Virus record (IMG/VR): IMGVR_UViG_3300006921_000012
Location: 1,646-65,645 of that record
DNA from: a virus
Taxonomy: Duplodnaviria > Caudoviricetes
Direction: 5' to 3' (one strand)
Length of the DNA: 64,000 nt
Shown in pieces: positions 60,153-64,000 of the stretch. Position numbers and translations under genes: made by a program. The stretch's first letter is position 1. Every line of letters starts with the position of its first letter. The notes under the pieces were generated by a model. It saw only the letters and a list, made by a program, of their open reading frames with translations, did not search any database and had not been told where the DNA came from.

Positions 60153-60610
60153 TATAAATTAATTATTACGAAATCTTTAGTTTCAAAAGCACTACTAGTG
60201 GTAGTAAAATCTACCCTCACTTTAGCTGTGTACTCTTCTGCAGCGGCTCCCGATACCCGATAAACTCTATCATCGTTAGTGGTAACCAGTGTCCCTTCGG
60301 TTTCTTCCGCTTCTTTCATTGGTGTTATTATTATATTATCTATCCTTAAATTAGGAATATATTTATCTACTTGTTCTCTTATTTCAGCCTCGATAGAATC
60401 AAACGTTGGGGTGTCCATCGGTTCAAATATATATTCATAAAGACGTGTACCAAAATCTGGGAGGAAATACCTCATTCCTTTCCTAGTTAAAAGTAGATGG
60501 ATTAAATCAGCTTTAATTTCATCCTCTGGGGTCTCTGTCAAATCGAACATGTACCCTAGTCTACTCTTATTTAAAGGAAAATTTATCCCGTATGTTCCAA
60601 ATTCTGGCAT
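60152..60610 (-). CDS. Baseplate wedge/sheath initiator, T4 gp25 / GPW family
   Basis: GINFP, IK.DL..LLLTRKG.R..LPDFGT.L...IFEP motifs. Confidence 0.9.
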   Translation of the reverse strand: MPEFGTYGINFPLNKSRLGYMFDLTETPEDEIKADLIHLLLTRKGMRYFLPDFGTRLYEYIFEPMDTPTFDSIEAEIREQVDKYIPNLRIDNIIITPMKEAEETEGTLVTTNDDRVYRVSGAAAEEYTAKVRVDFTTTSSAFETKDFVIINL

Positions 60611-60623
60611 TATAAGTTTTTTA

Positions 60624-60631
60624 TATAAATA
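60624..60631 (-). promoter_or_regulatory. Putative late-promoter motif TATTTATA
   Basis: 13 nt upstream of the gp25 ATG, at the head of the structural block. Confidence 0.55.
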
Positions 60632-60640
60632 CTTCCAAGA

Positions 60641-60862
60641 TTAATTTATTGTTGTATTCTCTATTCTATTTGTGGTTTGTGTCTTATTTGATTGATATGG
60701 ACAGTGCCTACAATTACTATTACAACAGTAACCTCTTTTCTTGTGGTACTCTTCAGTCATGACCATTTTACCTTCTTCCCAGTAAAAGTCTTTAGGTTCT
60801 AGTTTTGGTTTGACGAATTCTTTATAGTAGAGTTCTTCAATCCAGTCATCTTTTCTTTTCAT
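60641..60862 (-). CDS. DUF5522-like small Cys-rich protein
   Basis: DFY.E.G..V.TE.YH.KRGYCC...CRHCPY. Confidence 0.75.
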   Translation of the reverse strand: MKRKDDWIEELYYKEFVKPKLEPKDFYWEEGKMVMTEEYHKKRGYCCNSNCRHCPYQSNKTQTTNRIENTTIN

Positions 60863-60864
60863 TT

Positions 60865-62766
60865 TTAACCCTCTGTTTCAGTTAATTCTTCTATTTTCTT
60901 TAAATCAACATCTATTTCACATTGACCACCAGAACAAGCTAATTCACCCGATAAATCCGTATTGTCATCTAGTTCAATAACTTTAGATAAATCTATGTCA
61001 TGTAAAGATTTCATCATTTCCTCATATTTTTCTTCTGTAATATCCTCAAATGGGGCTTGAGTATAAGAACCACCATCGTATGGTAATACAGATAGACCAT
61101 TATAGTATTTTTTATTTTCCCACATCCACTCTCCGGCTGCATCCCATTCATGTTGTCTCAAACTAATTGTTGCAGATACATTATGTGAGTTGGAACCTTT
61201 ACGGTGTCCTGAATTTACCCATTCTGTAGCTACTTTTTTCACTCTTTCTAGAAGTTGGAATGGTGATTCAGTTCTCATAATAGAACCTTTTGGTGCTTTT
61301 TGTGGTATTTCAATTACTGCCGTATCATGTGGTCTAAAGAACTCATCTTCTACCAATTCTGGATGATTTATACTTAAATAAGTGTATATAGCTTCATTTT
61401 TACCAACTCTTATTCTTCTAATATAATAATCATTATGCCATGCATGAATACCTGATGATGTTCCTAAAGTTAATGATGTTGTTCCTGCAGGTTTAACAGT
61501 TGTAGTTCTCGCTGCCTGATTTATACCTACTAACTTAGATACTCTTGTATTTACTCTTTTAACAAGACTTGCAGCTTTTGCCATGTCATAATTAAGTACT
61601 TTTCCAGAACCAATACCTGTCATCGAAACACCTATAAGTGCATCTTTTTCTGTTGTTTCTCTCCATACATCTCTAAGATAATGGAATTCTGTATAACCTG
61701 CTTGTAACGTACCTATAAATGCTGCTGCTTTAACTCTTTCATTTAAATCTTCTTGCGATTCAATGTTTGAAACATTTACTTCACAAAGATTACAGAATTG
61801 GTATGGTCTTAAAGCAATTTCACAACATGGGTTGGTCCCCCAATCTTTATCATTATTTAGATAAATTCCTGGTTCACCAGCTCCTGATAGTTCTACACGT
61901 TTCCATAACTCCATAAAAAAGTCTTTTGTAATTTTGTGTCTCATTAAGACTGCAGAGTTATTTGCTCTACCTCTTTGTGGATTCAATTCCCACCAATTTC
62001 CAGCTTTACATCCAATCATTATATCATCATCAGCACTAAATAAACTAATAAGAGCTGCTCGACGAATACCACCGGCCAATACAGCATCGGCGATATAACA
62101 TACAATGTCATGTACTTCAATAGTTGTAAGTTGTTCTCCATTTTCTTTTTGATTTAATAATCCTTCTATCTTTACTAAACATTCCTTTAGTGGTTGAGGT
62201 CCTGGAGCTTTCCCTCCTGACGTTATCAATCTTGCTCCTTTAGGTCGAATATCTGAGTAATCAAATTCTACTCTACTTCCACCACCATTCATATATGATT
62301 TCATTAATACTTTAATTGAGTCTGCCCATCCTTCAATTGAGTCACCGATTAAGAATCTTCTTTTTCTTTTTGGGTATGGTTTTTGAATAACTGGTAATTT
62401 AGCTACATGATGTTTTTGTACAGAATAACCTACTCCTGTTCCTCCAAGTAATAGAAACATTGTTTCACTAAATGAATCTATATGGTCTATAGGTAGGTAT
62501 GCACAATTGTATATTCTGTTTGGGGAGATTTCTATTGGTTTACCTCCGAATTGCATACTTCTCATTGAGGGTAGTACTTTCTTATCGTATACTAGTTTAT
62601 ATTTTTCATTAATTTCATCTTCAAGGAAAGGATATTTCTTTATGTGCATATTTTTGTTCCTCGTCACTAACTCTTCCCATGTCTCTCTTCTATTCAGTTC
62701 TGGTATGTACTTTGCATACTTCATATAAACTGTAATGTCAGATAAAATTTTATTAGATACTTCCAT
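60865..62766 (-). CDS. nrdJ: Class II (adenosylcobalamin-dependent) ribonucleotide reductase
   Basis: RRETW.E, YNCA, GTGVG, RRAALI, GEPG, TNPCCEI..FCNL, VKPAGTTS and C-terminal ACSGGQC; no beta-subunit gene adjacent. Confidence 0.88.
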   Translation of the reverse strand: MEVSNKILSDITVYMKYAKYIPELNRRETWEELVTRNKNMHIKKYPFLEDEINEKYKLVYDKKVLPSMRSMQFGGKPIEISPNRIYNCAYLPIDHIDSFSETMFLLLGGTGVGYSVQKHHVAKLPVIQKPYPKRKRRFLIGDSIEGWADSIKVLMKSYMNGGGSRVEFDYSDIRPKGARLITSGGKAPGPQPLKECLVKIEGLLNQKENGEQLTTIEVHDIVCYIADAVLAGGIRRAALISLFSADDDIMIGCKAGNWWELNPQRGRANNSAVLMRHKITKDFFMELWKRVELSGAGEPGIYLNNDKDWGTNPCCEIALRPYQFCNLCEVNVSNIESQEDLNERVKAAAFIGTLQAGYTEFHYLRDVWRETTEKDALIGVSMTGIGSGKVLNYDMAKAASLVKRVNTRVSKLVGINQAARTTTVKPAGTTSLTLGTSSGIHAWHNDYYIRRIRVGKNEAIYTYLSINHPELVEDEFFRPHDTAVIEIPQKAPKGSIMRTESPFQLLERVKKVATEWVNSGHRKGSNSHNVSATISLRQHEWDAAGEWMWENKKYYNGLSVLPYDGGSYTQAPFEDITEEKYEEMMKSLHDIDLSKVIELDDNTDLSGELACSGGQCEIDVDLKKIEELTETEG

Positions 62767-62823
62767 ATTTTTAATTTTTTTAAGTTTAATCGAAACTATT
62801 AATTAATAATTTCTTATTTTAAT

Positions 62824-64000
62824 TTATTGTATTGTTTGGTTTCTTCTTTCCATCGCTGCACGTACTCGTTGAGCGTTTCTTACTTCTCTATCATTTTCTA
62901 GGTCTAAAAGGGTTTGTGATTGGTCTGTATCGATTTCTAAATACTCATTATCGAATTTACAGTTTTCAAAAACTATCCCATCTTTACCAATTCTAGATTT
63001 AGTAATGGCTATGGTAGCTAAGCCTAATTCTTTTTGTTGTAGACTTTTCGCAATAGATATAATTACGTGACCTACCTGGGCTTTTTTAATGGACCCACCC
63101 ATCATATCTGTTGTAACAATATCAGAACTTATAGAAGTTCTATTTCCTTGTGCTGCTGTCCAACCTGCAACGTCTAGTTCGTTACACATACTTTCGAATC
63201 TTCTCATAACTGAACCTTCACCTTTCCACTCATCATTAAATACCCTATCAGGTAAAAGACAATCAATATAATCTAAAATTATTAAATCTATTTTATTGTC
63301 TTCTGCCATTAATTTTCTTACTCGATTTTTAATTTGATTCATATTCATGGTATCAGAAGGTAATTTTTCTAATAATAGTTTACCTCTACCTTGATATTTT
63401 TCTAGTTTCTCTAGAACTTCAGTTTTATTAGATGCTTGTTCTTTTGAAGAGATTCCTGTCCAACAAGTAATGTGTTTTCTTTGGATGATTTTTGGGTTGT
63501 CCTCAAAAAATATTTGTAGAACATTATAACCTAAATTATAAGCTGTATTTGCTACTTTAGTCAATACAGTACTTTTCCCAACTCCTGTGGGAGCTAAGAA
63601 AACACCTATTTCACCTTTTGCCAAACCACCATCTAAAAGATTGTCAATACCCGTGATTCCTGTAGGTATTGGTTCTCTAAAGTCATCTTGTAATACCTCT
63701 TCTAACCCACTAAAGACATCTAATAGGGTTTGGTCTAGTTCACCTACTTGAATTGCCTCTCTAATATAGGCCTCACATTTATCATAAGATTCAAAATCAC
63801 CATCATCTAAAATTTTATTAACTTTAGTAATAGCTTTTTTTAATTCTTGTTGTTTACAGAACTTTAAAGATTTTTCTTGCACCCATAGGTGGTCTTCATA
63901 TCCTGTATCTTTAATTTCAGCTATCATGTCAAATACGTTTTGTCTTGCCATTTCAGAAGTCACCTCTAACCTACTAATTTGGTCTAGGGCATCGAAAGAA
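62824..64000 (-). CDS. dnaB: Replicative DnaB/gp41-like helicase, 5' end beyond the window
   Basis: TGI..ID..L.GGL..GE, Walker A APTGVGKS, IILDYID, AAQGNR and KSR.G; the frame is open to the window edge. Confidence 0.88.
   Translation of the reverse strand, partial: SFDALDQISRLEVTSEMARQNVFDMIAEIKDTGYEDHLWVQEKSLKFCKQQELKKAITKVNKILDDGDFESYDKCEAYIREAIQVGELDQTLLDVFSGLEEVLQDDFREPIPTGITGIDNLLDGGLAKGEIGVFLAPTGVGKSTVLTKVANTAYNLGYNVLQIFFEDNPKIIQRKHITCWTGISSKEQASNKTEVLEKLEKYQGRGKLLLEKLPSDTMNMNQIKNRVRKLMAEDNKIDLIILDYIDCLLPDRVFNDEWKGEGSVMRRFESMCNELDVAGWTAAQGNRTSISSDIVTTDMMGGSIKKAQVGHVIISIAKSLQQKELGLATIAITKSRIGKDGIVFENCKFDNEYLEIDTDQSQTLLDLENDREVRNAQRVRAAMERRNQTIQ

Noticed and set aside
24395-60610. Bacterial contractile injection system (eCIS/T6SS) or prophage island
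   Set aside because: Flanked by phage-type helicase, primase, SbcCD, RNR and sigma genes, with no host housekeeping context, integrase or att site visible.
1-64000. Genome-wide stop-codon reassignment (TAG or TGA), as in some Bacteroidota phages
   Set aside because: Conserved enzymes are full length in code 11, and TAG/TGA end genes at sensible positions, often in ATGA overlaps.
60865-64000. Inteins or introns in nrdJ or the helicase
   Set aside because: Motif spacing is normal; no splice-junction or homing-endonuclease motifs seen.

Overview
AT-rich, densely coding segment of a large tailed dsDNA phage genome. Nearly all genes lie on the minus strand and use the standard code 11. gp25-like and gp6/J-like baseplate genes point to a contractile-tailed myovirus. 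A Bacteroidota host is likely, based on a TTTG-N20-TATCTTTG promoter, DUF2452, an Hc1-like protein, SprB-like repeats and a short RpoD-type sigma factor. In transcription order (right to left): a DnaB-like helicase cut by the window edge, class II ribonucleotide reductase, a ~36 kb baseplate/tail block of very large Cys- and Ser/Thr/Gly-rich proteins, a recombination/replication block (RuvC-like, primase, PD-(D/E)XK nuclease, SbcD, SbcC), a sigma factor, a probable lysis module, putative head-internal proteins, and an accessory block (Hc1-like, DnaJ, CysK, DUF2452, DUF4338-like, PspC, DUF6734-like, LRR protein). No tRNA, CRISPR array, integrase, transposase or intein was seen. Best leads: a dispersed [ST]-[GA]-x-T tetrapeptide enriched in the virion proteins (possible modification sequon); a TATTTAT motif at near-fixed distance upstream of late genes; a vWA-like domain shared by two tail proteins; a tail-anchoring domain distributed as N- and C-halves over four genes; an in-frame TGA inside an apparently longer ORF; and an ATGA-coupled cysK/DUF2452/DUF4338 unit. 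Family assignments come from motif recognition by eye, not database searches.
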